Origin: Sulfolobales archaeon
GTDB taxonomy: Archaea; Thermoproteota; Thermoprotei_A; Sulfolobales; NBVN01
DNA: 64,000 nt
Direction: 5' to 3'
Assembly (NCBI GenBank): GCA_026419835.1
Contig: JAOAKQ010000004.1
Span: 42,388-106,387 of the forward strand
Shown: positions 27,405 through 36,772 of the stretch, in pieces
Numbering within the stretch: the first letter of the stretch is position 1
How the letters are laid out: every line of letters starts with the position of its first letter
Notes under the pieces: model-generated
The model's database searches: none
Told to the model about the DNA's origin: nothing
What the model saw: only the letters and a program-made list of their open reading frames with translations
Translations under genes and position numbers: made by a program

Positions 27405-28823
27405 ATGCCGGGGATCTCGGTTCCGGAGCCTGCGGAAGACTACCTCAGGAGAGTTCTTGAGAGCGGCTGGGACACCGTAGTGGAACTACTGAAAGTAGGA
27501 TTCGATAGGAGAGTTAGAGCTCTGGCTGAAGTAGGTAGGTTGTGGCGCAGCAAGCTACTATCCGGTGAGCTGAGGGACGTTGTCGAAGAGCTAGCTAAGC
27601 TAACGGGCTACAGTATCAAGAACGTGGAGCTAGACCTAGCTCTAGTACCGGAAGTACTAAGCGAGGAATCTCTTAGAAATCTCTTCAACTACGGCCTAGC
27701 GGGAGGTTGGAGAAGCATTGATTCACCAGTTGAAGTATCTGAAGGAGAGCTAGTCTGGAACGCGCCCGCCGGGTCTGTATTCATAATAGCGTCTGGAAAC
27801 AGCATAATACCGCCAGTTCTAGCGGCATCGACATCTTTTTTAGCGGGGAACCTGACTATTCTGAGACCTTCGCAGACGAACTTCGCTGCGGTTAAGAAGG
27901 TCTTCGACCTACTCTCCGAGGTTTCTTCTGGAAGTGCCTACGAAGTTGAAGCGATGAGCAAAGCTATCTACGTACTCTATATGAGTCACGATAGTCCAGC
28001 TCTCAGGTACATCCTCGAGGAAGCACCAGTGTCTGTAGTTAACTACTGGGGTGGGGAGCCGGGTAGAACCAGGGTTCTCTCTATGGCTATGAAGAATCCG
28101 CACAGACCTAGAGTACTCATCAACGGCCCTCTCACCGGGATGGTCTTGGTGGATGAAGAAAGCGCTAACTACGATACTGCGATTAAGCTAGCTAGGGATG
28201 TGGTTCTATACGATCAGCAGCTGTGCAGCTCCCCTACACTCGCCGTTTTAATAGGTTCTCGCAATTCTCTAGTGGTCTTCCTGAAGACGCTGAGCAGGGC
28301 TCTCGATGAAGTCGGAGATAAGTTCCCCGTAGAGCTGAGCGAGGGTTCTTTCTACAGACTACACAGTTTCAGGAAGTCTCTAGAGCTCGATGGCGTGGGC
28401 GTGGTCTACTCCAGGTCGGCGCGCAATCCGTGGACCGTAGTTGTGAGAAACCTCGGTGAACTAGAGCGAGCGCCACTGACTTGGAGTACCTACAGTAGGA
28501 GAGTTCTCGAAGTCATGAGCATCGAGAATCCGTCGGACCTCGGCAAGGTGCTGGAGCTGCAGACGAGGAGGCTAAGAAAGTCGGGAATTGACGGTATTCA
28601 AACCGTTTCCTACGCAGTCAGTAGGTACAGACTTGAGGAGATAGTGAAGACCCTCGCTAAGTTCAACGTGTACCGCGTAGTTCCTCTAGGTGAGTCGTTT
28701 CTGAGAACTCCAGCGGAACCTTACGACGGTGAGTTCATTCCGAAGTACTACACTCGCACGATCTATCTGAGAGTAGCGGAGGCTTTAGGTAGCTTAAGGC
28801 AGAGAGGTGTGTACCTACCTTGA
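27405..28823 (+). CDS. LuxC-like acyl-CoA/acyl-protein reductase (ALDH fold)
   Basis: IIASGNSIIPPVLAASTSFLAGNLTILRPS and YDQQLCSSPTLAV (catalytic Cys context typical of the LuxC family); 472 aa. Confidence 0.65.
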   Translation: MPGISVPEPAEDYLRRVLESGWDTVVELLKVGFDRRVRALAEVGRLWRSKLLSGELRDVVEELAKLTGYSIKNVELDLALVPEVLSEESLRNLFNYGLAGGWRSIDSPVEVSEGELVWNAPAGSVFIIASGNSIIPPVLAASTSFLAGNLTILRPSQTNFAAVKKVFDLLSEVSSGSAYEVEAMSKAIYVLYMSHDSPALRYILEEAPVSVVNYWGGEPGRTRVLSMAMKNPHRPRVLINGPLTGMVLVDEESANYDTAIKLARDVVLYDQQLCSSPTLAVLIGSRNSLVVFLKTLSRALDEVGDKFPVELSEGSFYRLHSFRKSLELDGVGVVYSRSARNPWTVVVRNLGELERAPLTWSTYSRRVLEVMSIENPSDLGKVLELQTRRLRKSGIDGIQTVSYAVSRYRLEEIVKTLAKFNVYRVVPLGESFLRTPAEPYDGEFIPKYYTRTIYLRVAEALGSLRQRGVYLP

Positions 28824-29821
28824 AGGTACTGGTAACCGGCGCTTCCGGGTTCCTCGGTTCCTACGTCGTTCGCTCTCTTCTAGAGAGAGGATACGATGTT
28901 GTTGGAACCTACAGAACCCCCGGAAAAGATAGGGTCCTCCTAGAGCTGGGTGTGAAAACCGCCGTCAGGATGGACTTACTGGACCCGCAGTCCGTTAGGC
29001 AGGCCGTTAGAGGTGTAGACGCCGTTATTCACCTAGCTGCCTACTACACGTTCGTGGGGAGGAAGGATATGTACCGCAAGGTAAACGTTGAAGGAACGAA
29101 GCTACTGGCTGAAGCGGCTTTAAAGTCCGGTGCCGGTAGGTTCATATACTGCAGCAGTACCGAAGCTATGGGCCCCGTCGATAATCCGCCGGCTGACGAA
29201 TCAACACCTCCCAATCCCCAGTTCGAGTACGGAAGGTCGAAGCTTGAGGCGGAGCGCGTGGTGGCCTCCATGGGGAGCGCCGGCTTGAAGTACACTATTA
29301 TCAGACCGAGCGGACTGTACGGTCCCGGGAACCTAGACGACATTTCGTACTGGTTTATAACGAGTTTTGCTAGGGGTGGGATATATTCGAAGTTCATGGT
29401 TGGTGGGGGCCTCAACCTAATACAGTTCGTTCACGCTAGAGATGCCGCTCGAGGATTTCTTCTAGCTCTCGAGAAGTCCGACGTGTCTACCGGTCAGACC
29501 TACATAGTATCTGAAGATAGAGCGTACACCTACGTTGAAGTCTACAGGATCCTCCGTGAGCTAATCGGTAGAGACCCGCCTAAGCACTCCATTCCGCCGT
29601 GGTTAGCGAAGACTCTGCTCACGTTCGCAGAGATCTACGATAGGCTTAGAGGAGGTGAGAACTTTCTGTACCGTAGGGTCGTGGTTGACGCAGTAACTAA
29701 GCATAGAGCCTACAGCATTAGGAAAGCTATGAGAGAACTCAACTACTACCCAACCTACGACCTAAGGTCGGGACTGCGAGAAACTATCGAGTGGTATAGG
29801 TCGATAGGTGAGATCCCGTAG
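28820..29821 (+). CDS. NAD(P)-dependent extended SDR (epimerase/dehydratase/aldehyde-reductase type)
   Basis: VLVTGASGFLGSYVV, CSSTEAMG, YGRSKLEAE (YxxxK). TTG start overlaps the upstream TGA (TTGA). Confidence 0.85.
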   Translation: MKVLVTGASGFLGSYVVRSLLERGYDVVGTYRTPGKDRVLLELGVKTAVRMDLLDPQSVRQAVRGVDAVIHLAAYYTFVGRKDMYRKVNVEGTKLLAEAALKSGAGRFIYCSSTEAMGPVDNPPADESTPPNPQFEYGRSKLEAERVVASMGSAGLKYTIIRPSGLYGPGNLDDISYWFITSFARGGIYSKFMVGGGLNLIQFVHARDAARGFLLALEKSDVSTGQTYIVSEDRAYTYVEVYRILRELIGRDPPKHSIPPWLAKTLLTFAEIYDRLRGGENFLYRRVVVDAVTKHRAYSIRKAMRELNYYPTYDLRSGLRETIEWYRSIGEIP

Positions 29822-30053
29822 GCATGTCCTCGAAGTCACGCTACTGCGTAGCCGGCGCCGAAGCTCTAACTCGAAAGTATAGCGGCTCTCGAATAGACCG
29901 CGAAGAAGGCGTGAGTGTCGGTGACTGTGCTTCGATAGTAGTGTGCCGTGCGTGCTTTACTCACTAAGCACGTATAAGTAGTTAGTACTTTCACTAAGTC
30001 GTAGGCGGAAGACTTATGTTTATTTCGTAGTTGACTAGTGTGTGGTGGACTGA

Positions 30054-31283
30054 TTGAGTGGCGGAAGTATCGGCGGGCTGAGGCGTAGGTCGAGTAGGCT
30101 TCGAAGTAGGCGCGGCTTGATTCTAGCTACGCTACTAGCTTCGTACAGCTTAGTGTACTTCCACAGAACTATGACGGGGGTTATGGAGGCTGAGATAGCC
30201 GCGATCTCCAGGCAGTACGGGTATAGCCCCGAGTTCTTTCTATCGGTACTCGCATCCGCCTACTTCTACGCGTACTCCCTCTCGCAGTTCGCCGTGGGGT
30301 CTCTCATAGACTACTACGGCATTAAGAGGGTCGGGTCGTTCCTCCTCCTTCTACTCGCCCTAGGAACTGCGCTCATAGTACCGCAAGACCCTATCGTCAT
30401 GGTTTTCGGGAGAGCTGTCATTGGGTTTACATCGGTTGCGGCGTTCCTATCCTACCAGAGGTCCCTATCTCTATACTTCAAACCTGAGGAACAGGCTAGA
30501 GCCACGGCACTAGCACTCGCCGCAGGTAGCTTTACAGCTATGGTAGCTACGTACCCTCTGAGGCAGGCTCTCGATGCGGTAGGTCTTAGCGGAACTGTGG
30601 TAGCTCTAACCGCTGTTACGCTAGCTATCGCAGTATCCGTATACCTAGCTTCAACGGATACTAGAGCCAGTGGAGATGTACGTGAGTACTTCGCGAAGAC
30701 CAGAGCGAACTTAAGGGACGTTCTGCTCGATAAGCACGGCTGGGGGGTGAGCATAGGCGCTCTAGCAACGTACGGAACTGGGCTATCCTTCCAGTCCTCC
30801 TGGGGCCAGATCCTCCTATCTAGAGCGTTCTGTATGGGTAGGGTTGAGGTAAGCCTATACCTACTCCTACTAGCGGCTACCTTCATGGCTACGTGTCCAG
30901 CGGCTGGTTACTTGAGTGACAGGGTTCTTAGAAAGAGAAAGCCTCTACTACTAGCCTCATCGATTTCCATGGCCTTCTCGTGGTCCCTACTGCTAGTTTC
31001 ATCGATCACCGCCAACCTAGCTCTACTGCTGATATCGCTTCTATCTCTCGGAATATCTCTGGGACCCCACATAGTCATATCTGTGATGATGAGGGAAGCT
31101 CACGGACCGGCTAGGGCAGCTACGTCAGTAGCCTTCATGAACACAGTGCTATTCCTCGGAGTAGCTGTACTCAACAGCACACTACCGCAGCTCGGATACT
31201 GCGAAGCTACCGGGATCAGCATAGCTTTAGCGGCCGCAGGGTCTGCCGCAGTATACTTCCTCACTAGGGAAACGTATTCGTAG
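30054..31283 (+). CDS. MFS transporter
   Basis: About 12 hydrophobic segments and a motif-A-like GSLIDYYGIKRVG. Confidence 0.6.
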   Translation: MSGGSIGGLRRRSSRLRSRRGLILATLLASYSLVYFHRTMTGVMEAEIAAISRQYGYSPEFFLSVLASAYFYAYSLSQFAVGSLIDYYGIKRVGSFLLLLLALGTALIVPQDPIVMVFGRAVIGFTSVAAFLSYQRSLSLYFKPEEQARATALALAAGSFTAMVATYPLRQALDAVGLSGTVVALTAVTLAIAVSVYLASTDTRASGDVREYFAKTRANLRDVLLDKHGWGVSIGALATYGTGLSFQSSWGQILLSRAFCMGRVEVSLYLLLLAATFMATCPAAGYLSDRVLRKRKPLLLASSISMAFSWSLLLVSSITANLALLLISLLSLGISLGPHIVISVMMREAHGPARAATSVAFMNTVLFLGVAVLNSTLPQLGYCEATGISIALAAAGSAAVYFLTRETYS

Positions 31284-31321
31284 CGCGGCTCACTAACCGC
31301 TCCGTCTTCTAGAGATCGAAT

Positions 31322-32026
31322 TCACCTAGAGGACTCCTTAACGACTACCCTCCCACACCACTTCCAGTTAGCTGAAGATAGTAGTTCGTATACTCTCCTA
31401 ACGGCCTCAGCAACTCTAGCTCTATCAACACCTGGAACTCCGGCACCTAGAACGAAGACCTCGGTCGTGCTATCTCGAATAGCCGTTTCAACACAGTCTC
31501 TGTGTGGATATAGGTGCATGACCACTCCCCCACTATCTGCGAGAATAGGTACTCCTCTCGGTAGAACCTCACTCCCACCTCCTATTGGGTTGAACACCTC
31601 CCCTCCCCTACTAAGCGTTAGCGTGTACGGCGGTGACGACGCACTCATATCGTACAGACCTATTGGAACTCCGGTGGTGGCTGATGCTATGTTACCCGCA
31701 TCCACGACGGCGCTCACTCTAGGGAAGGAGTTCCTCAAGCACCTCCTAACGAGAGCTTCACTCGAAGGTCTGGTCTTAGTGGGGTCTATACCCATTCTCC
31801 AGAAGAAATCTCTGTATGCCCTGAAGACCGGGTCGTTCTTCACTGACTCGAGAGTGTAGCGGGACTTTACGTACTTCACCAACTCCTCGATCTCCTCCTC
31901 GAACTCAACTCTACGTATCTCCTCAGTCCAGATAGCCGTGTACGCTACGAAGACTCCTAGATGCGATAAGCTCCTATCCAAGTTCAGCAGGTTCTCTAGC
32001 TCGCCGCAGTACTTCAAGCCGCGCAC
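31322..32026 (-). CDS. B3/B4 tRNA-binding domain protein (PheT B3/B4-like)
   Basis: DPVFRAYRDFFWRMGIDPTKTRPSSEALVRR...VVDAGNIASATTGVPIGLYD. Confidence 0.7.
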   Translation of the reverse strand: MRGLKYCGELENLLNLDRSLSHLGVFVAYTAIWTEEIRRVEFEEEIEELVKYVKSRYTLESVKNDPVFRAYRDFFWRMGIDPTKTRPSSEALVRRCLRNSFPRVSAVVDAGNIASATTGVPIGLYDMSASSPPYTLTLSRGGEVFNPIGGGSEVLPRGVPILADSGGVVMHLYPHRDCVETAIRDSTTEVFVLGAGVPGVDRARVAEAVRRVYELLSSANWKWCGRVVVKESSR

Positions 32027-32143
32027 CGCCAGACTTCTAGCTCAGCGGAATAAAACGGTTCCCCAAGGCTCGTCTCAATAGCACTAGGTAGAGACCTGAA
32101 GTACGTAGTGTAGAGCTATTAACTAGGAGAACGTGGAGAGGTA

Positions 32144-32893
32144 TTGGTGGAGGTTACGCTCGAGCTGAGAAACGTTAGCGTAGCCGTTGGTTCGAGAGTA
32201 GTACTGTCGAGTGTTAACATGAAGATCGGCTACAGAGAGCTCCACGTATTAGTAGGTCCTAACGGATCCGGTAAAACTTCTCTTCTAAACGCCGTAGTCG
32301 GGATCAAGCCGTACGAAGTAGTTAGCGGGCAGGTGCTACTCATGGGTGAGGACGTAACTAGAGAACCACCAAACGTTAAAGCTAGAAAGGGCTTGGTGCT
32401 CGCTCACCAGCTACCTCCGGTAGTTAAGGGAGTTGTCGTGGGGAAGTTTGTTGAGGAACTAGCTAGGAGATTCGATGTGAAGAAGAGCTACGTAGACATG
32501 CTCTCGGAGATTCTCGAGGTGGGGTACCTAATGGATAGGTATCTGTTCGATAAGATGAGCGGTGGTGAGAGGAAGAGGCTCGAGACATTTCTAACGCTAC
32601 TCACAAGACCTAGAGTAGCACTACTCGATGAACCCGATAGCGGTGTCGATATCGACAGCCTCAACACTATCAGTAACGCTCTAAGAGCGGCCCTTAACCT
32701 AGGAACGTCCCTACTCCTAGTAACTCACTCACTACACATGATCAAGCTCTTGAGGGAGTACGTAAACACTATTCACGTAGTGTACGGAGGCGCTCTCCTA
32801 ATGTCGGGTCTGTACGACGAGGTGGTACCACTAGTAGAAAAACACGGTTTCTCCGGCCTAGCTCTGAGGTTTTCCAGAGGTGGTTTTCCGTGA
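32144..32893 (+). CDS. sufC: Fe-S cluster assembly ATPase SufC
   Basis: GPNGSGKTSL, MSGGERKR, LLDEPDSGVDIDS, VTHS. Confidence 0.85.
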   Translation: MVEVTLELRNVSVAVGSRVVLSSVNMKIGYRELHVLVGPNGSGKTSLLNAVVGIKPYEVVSGQVLLMGEDVTREPPNVKARKGLVLAHQLPPVVKGVVVGKFVEELARRFDVKKSYVDMLSEILEVGYLMDRYLFDKMSGGERKRLETFLTLLTRPRVALLDEPDSGVDIDSLNTISNALRAALNLGTSLLLVTHSLHMIKLLREYVNTIHVVYGGALLMSGLYDEVVPLVEKHGFSGLALRFSRGGFP

Positions 32894-34098
32894 GCAGAGA
32901 CGAGGTGCTGAAAGCTCTCAGCAAGCCATCACCCTACGGACCGGACGTGGACCTAGGTAGGTTCAGCGTGAGCGATGAGGAGACACCCTCTTCCGATGTA
33001 TCGGCAGCTGAGAAAATAGCGGATAGACTCGGTATTGGTAGTTGGGTACTTAGAAAAGCCGACTACCTGCAGGTCAACGAGTCCGTTGTAGCTAGAGCTA
33101 TGAGTGAGAAGCTCGCGAAGTACGGTGCGGTAGTGCTACCAACGCGTGAAGCTCTAAGAAAGCTCAGCTGGGCGCCTGATTATGCCTGGAAGCTCGTCGA
33201 GCCAACTCTAGATAAGTACGTAGCCGCTACGTACCTCTACGGTAGGGAGGCGGGCTTCTTCATCTACGTACCGCCCGACGCGAAGGTCAGAGAGCCGATA
33301 TACACTTGCCTATTCATAACCAGGAGAAGCTACGCTCAGCTACTGCACAACATAGTCGTAGTAGACGACGGTGCAGAGCTCAACCTAATTACAGGCTGCG
33401 GAGTTCCCGACCAGCCGGTAGGTTCTCTCCACGTAGGTATCTCCGAATACTATGTAGGTAGGAAAGCTAAGCTAACGTACACCATGATTCACGCGTGGGC
33501 TCCCGACATGGTCGTTAGACCTAGGACTGTCGCCGAGGTTCGCGAAGGTGGTGAGTACGTTAGCTACTACGTCATATACTCACCGGTAGAGTCTCTGCAG
33601 ACGTTTCCGCGGGTTATTCTTCGGGAGAACGCCAGGGCAACACTGAACTCCGTGGTTGTAGGTGGAGGTAGGGGGGTCTACGACGTTGGGTCATCGGTAG
33701 TTCTCAGCGGTGCGGGTTCCTCGGGGGAGATACTGTCCAGGAATCTCGGTAGGGGGAGCTCCGCGATATACGCTAGGTCCAGGATTAGAAGTACTGCCGG
33801 ACCTTCTAAAGGCCACATAGAGTGTCTAGGCCTTATCGAGGGTTCCGAAGCACTGATCGAGTCGCTACCTGAGATAAGCTCGTCGTCACCAGATGCCGTT
33901 CTAACGCACGAAGCGGCTATCGGGAAGATAGGTGAGGAGCTGATCAGCTACCTCATGAGTAAAGGATTCGCCGAGGACGAAGCGCGCTCAGTCATAATTA
34001 AAGGCTTTCTAAGTATTGAAGAACCTAAGCTACCACCGCAAATCATGGATGTTGTGAGGAGAACCATCGAGTACATAGCTTCGAGAGCTACCGGTTGA
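32890..34098 (+). CDS. SufB/SufD family Fe-S assembly protein
   Basis: C-terminal HEAAIGKIGEELISYLMSKGFAEDEARSVIIKGF; 4-nt overlap with sufC. Confidence 0.8.
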   Translation: MSRDEVLKALSKPSPYGPDVDLGRFSVSDEETPSSDVSAAEKIADRLGIGSWVLRKADYLQVNESVVARAMSEKLAKYGAVVLPTREALRKLSWAPDYAWKLVEPTLDKYVAATYLYGREAGFFIYVPPDAKVREPIYTCLFITRRSYAQLLHNIVVVDDGAELNLITGCGVPDQPVGSLHVGISEYYVGRKAKLTYTMIHAWAPDMVVRPRTVAEVREGGEYVSYYVIYSPVESLQTFPRVILRENARATLNSVVVGGGRGVYDVGSSVVLSGAGSSGEILSRNLGRGSSAIYARSRIRSTAGPSKGHIECLGLIEGSEALIESLPEISSSSPDAVLTHEAAIGKIGEELISYLMSKGFAEDEARSVIIKGFLSIEEPKLPPQIMDVVRRTIEYIASRATG

Positions 34099-34145
34099 GC
34101 GGTGTCTTCAAGCAGTTATTAGCTTTGAGAATAGCGAAGTAGTGG

Positions 34146-34195
34146 CTGATGAAGTCCTCGATCGCTGAGAGATGACGAGAGCAGGGTTTATCTGA
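34146..34195 (+). ncRNA. candidate C/D-box sRNA
   Basis: CTGATGA(C) - 12 nt - CTGA(D') - 3 nt - ATGACGA(C') - 13 nt - CTGA(D), 48 nt after the sufBD stop. Confidence 0.55.
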
Positions 34196-34481
34196 AGGCT
34201 TCTCGGTCTCAGCGCGCGCCTCGAACTAAACTCATCGAACGCCACCGCACTCGCAGCTGTGCTAGTTATCTGTGGCGGTAACACTGCGATGGCTACCGCC
34301 AACTTCAGCGGGCTATGTGAAAGATAAGCTACTCTGGCCCTAGCCGCTGGACGCGTATACGATAGCGCCGTGGTTCAGCGCCACCGGTAGCGCGAAGGCC
34401 GTGATTCAACAACATGTGGAGCTACGTTCTTCGATTGTAGTTGGACCTTAACTCCACCATCAGTTGGTACCTAGAGAGCGC

Positions 34482-35177
34482 TCAGAGGAACCTAATCACC
34501 AGGATTCTTACGTTACCTAGCTCCAGGAGCTGTCGCTTCACCGTGCTGAGGTTACCGAGTAGTTGCGGTACGTTCTTAATGGAGATCAGGTCTTCCTCAG
34601 ATAGAAGCGAGACTCTGTGAATTACGGTAGCGCAGAGGGGGCTCACCACGGCCGATGCGTATAGTCCCTCCATAAACCTAATCACCGCTGTACTCAGGTC
34701 CCTCTCGGATGGGGAACAGTCTAGTGGGTGGGTATGGGCTTCGAGCACCACACCCTCTGCGTAGGGTAGGGAGATCCTTCCTAAACTGCCCTCAGCTACG
34801 TACACCTCACCACTCTTCAACACCAGTAGGCTGTACTCTACTCCCGTTTGAAGAGTTATGTGTACGTACTGCCTCAATTCACTTAGTACTTCGAGCGCGT
34901 AGGTTAGAGCTTGTTCAAGAAGCTCTCTACTAGACCTACCGCCAGAGCCCTCAATGAAGCGGACTTCCACACCCCTCCTCAACAACTCCTCTAACTCGAA
35001 GATATTGCTACCTATAGAGCAGTTTCTGTAGTATACGTACACAACTTCGCCGGATACCTCTCCAGATACCTCGCAGCCGTACTCTGCGCATAGAGAGCTC
35101 AATCCATCAGCTAGTAGTACTAGAGTAGTTAACTTCTCGGAGCGGCTCGTTCGGAAGAGCTCCTCGTACTTCCGCAT
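34482..35177 (-). CDS. JAB/MPN-like putative metalloprotease domain protein
   Basis: C-terminal EAHTHPLDCSPSERD resembles the JAMM HxHx(7)Sx2D motif but is one residue short. The N-terminal half is unassigned. Confidence 0.45.
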   Translation of the reverse strand: MRKYEELFRTSRSEKLTTLVLLADGLSSLCAEYGCEVSGEVSGEVVYVYYRNCSIGSNIFELEELLRRGVEVRFIEGSGGRSSRELLEQALTYALEVLSELRQYVHITLQTGVEYSLLVLKSGEVYVAEGSLGRISLPYAEGVVLEAHTHPLDCSPSERDLSTAVIRFMEGLYASAVVSPLCATVIHRVSLLSEEDLISIKNVPQLLGNLSTVKRQLLELGNVRILVIRFL

Positions 35178-35196
35178 ACTAAATCAGCACTCGTAG

Positions 35197-35982
35197 CTAG
35201 AGAGACCTGAGGCGACCGCCGTCAACGGGTACGACCGCTCCAGATACGTAGGAAGATAGCGGACTTAGTAGGAAAGCTACGACGTACCCCACCTCCCTGG
35301 GTGCCCCCAGCCTTCTTAATGGCACCTCACTTGACCACTCGCTGAGCACCTCCTCAATACTCCTTCCAGTTCTAGCCGATACATCTCTCGCTAACTGAAT
35401 AGTTCTATCCGTGACCACGTAGCCCGGCGCAACTGCGTTGACTCTAATACCCTTAGGCCCAAGCTCTCTCGAGAGAGTCTTAACTAGACCGTGCACTGAG
35501 GTTCTGAGGACGTTTGAGAGTGCTAGGTTGGGTATTGGTTCCTTAACTGCGGTGCTAGTTACGTAGACTAGGGAACCTATCCCGGATTTCTCGATGAAGA
35601 GTAGGGCCTTCCGGGTTACCCATATAGCGCTCATTACGAGCAGTCTCGCGCCGAACTCCCAATCAGCGAGGTCGAGCTCCAAGAACGTTCCAGGCCTGGG
35701 AGGTCCAGTCACGTAAACTAGCCCATCTAGACCCCCTAAGTAGTCGCATGCCTTCTCGACTAGTTCCTCGGCCTGTTCTCTAACCGTAATATCGGCCGGG
35801 TGTCCGTAGACTTCGCCGAGGGGTTTGAGCTCAGCTAGGGTCTTCTCAACGGACTCCCTACTTCTTCCATTTATGAATACTCGAGCTCCTTCTTCGAGCA
35901 GGACCTCCGCTACCCCCCTACCGATACCGCGAGTCGATGCTGTCACCAGCACTCTAAAGCCTTCGAGTCCGAATCTCCCCAT
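35197..35982 (-). CDS. classical short-chain dehydrogenase/reductase (FabG-like)
   Basis: VLVTASTRGIGRGVA, NAVAPGYV. Confidence 0.85.
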   Translation of the reverse strand: MGRFGLEGFRVLVTASTRGIGRGVAEVLLEEGARVFINGRSRESVEKTLAELKPLGEVYGHPADITVREQAEELVEKACDYLGGLDGLVYVTGPPRPGTFLELDLADWEFGARLLVMSAIWVTRKALLFIEKSGIGSLVYVTSTAVKEPIPNLALSNVLRTSVHGLVKTLSRELGPKGIRVNAVAPGYVVTDRTIQLARDVSARTGRSIEEVLSEWSSEVPLRRLGAPREVGYVVAFLLSPLSSYVSGAVVPVDGGRLRSL

Positions 35983-36060
35983 TCAACACCCTGGAGCTAT
36001 TGGAGGAGCCTATTAATAGTGGATTTAAACTACTTCAATATTGGATTAGATGTGTGAGGT

Positions 36061-36771
36061 ATGAGGTACTTAGTCATAGCTGAGGATAGGTCCATCTCGG
36101 TACTAATCGGAGCGGTTAGGAAGTACGATAGTAGAGCTTACGTAGTGCTAGTAGCTCTAAGTAGAGACTTACTCAATCCTCAGGTTACTTCTCTAGTTAG
36201 TGAGTTCTCGGAGAGCGCGGAGTCCCTGAATAAGGTGGACCTCAAGCTTATCGATGTAGCCGTAGTGAACTCCGAGTCTCGAGATAGGCTCTGCGAGCTA
36301 GGTAGAGAACTTAGAAGAAGCGGAGTTCCGCTCACAATAGCCTACACGCTGTACGTCGGTGACTTTAGAGACTACAGAAACTGCGGATTCGATTTTCTCG
36401 TATCAGTAAGCTCTCTTGTAGATGGAGCTGTGGGAGCTATCGTAGGTTTAGATAGGTGGGTTGAAATACCCGTAAGTATGTTCGCAGATGTAAGCATAGC
36501 GGTACACAGAGTTTTTAGAAGAGCTAGACTGGGAGTATCACTACGAGACCTGACTAGTGAAGTTACTGGTACTAGAGGTCTAGTAGCACTCTACGATAAA
36601 GAGCACCACTACGTTACTTCCGGTAGCTACGCTCTTACTGAAGGAGATTTACTGGTAGTCGCAGCACCCACGGAGAGAGACTCCCAGGTAGTGATTGAGA
36701 AACTGAACAAGCTTTTTATGCTAGCTGAAAGAGTTTATACAGCACTAGAGTCAAGAAGACCTCCCGGGTGA
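36061..36771 (+). CDS. hypothetical protein with possible RCK/TrkA-C-like C-terminus
   Basis: The ALTEGDLLVVAAPTE segment is TrkA-C-like. The stop lies 1 nt before the MscS-like start. Confidence 0.35.
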   Translation: MRYLVIAEDRSISVLIGAVRKYDSRAYVVLVALSRDLLNPQVTSLVSEFSESAESLNKVDLKLIDVAVVNSESRDRLCELGRELRRSGVPLTIAYTLYVGDFRDYRNCGFDFLVSVSSLVDGAVGAIVGLDRWVEIPVSMFADVSIAVHRVFRRARLGVSLRDLTSEVTGTRGLVALYDKEHHYVTSGSYALTEGDLLVVAAPTERDSQVVIEKLNKLFMLAERVYTALESRRPPG

Positions 36772-36772
36772 G

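Noticed and set aside
34108-34302. 64-aa minus-strand ORF in the sufBD-JAB gap
   Set aside because: It is A/S/T-rich with no motif and overlaps the better-supported C/D-box candidate on the other strand.
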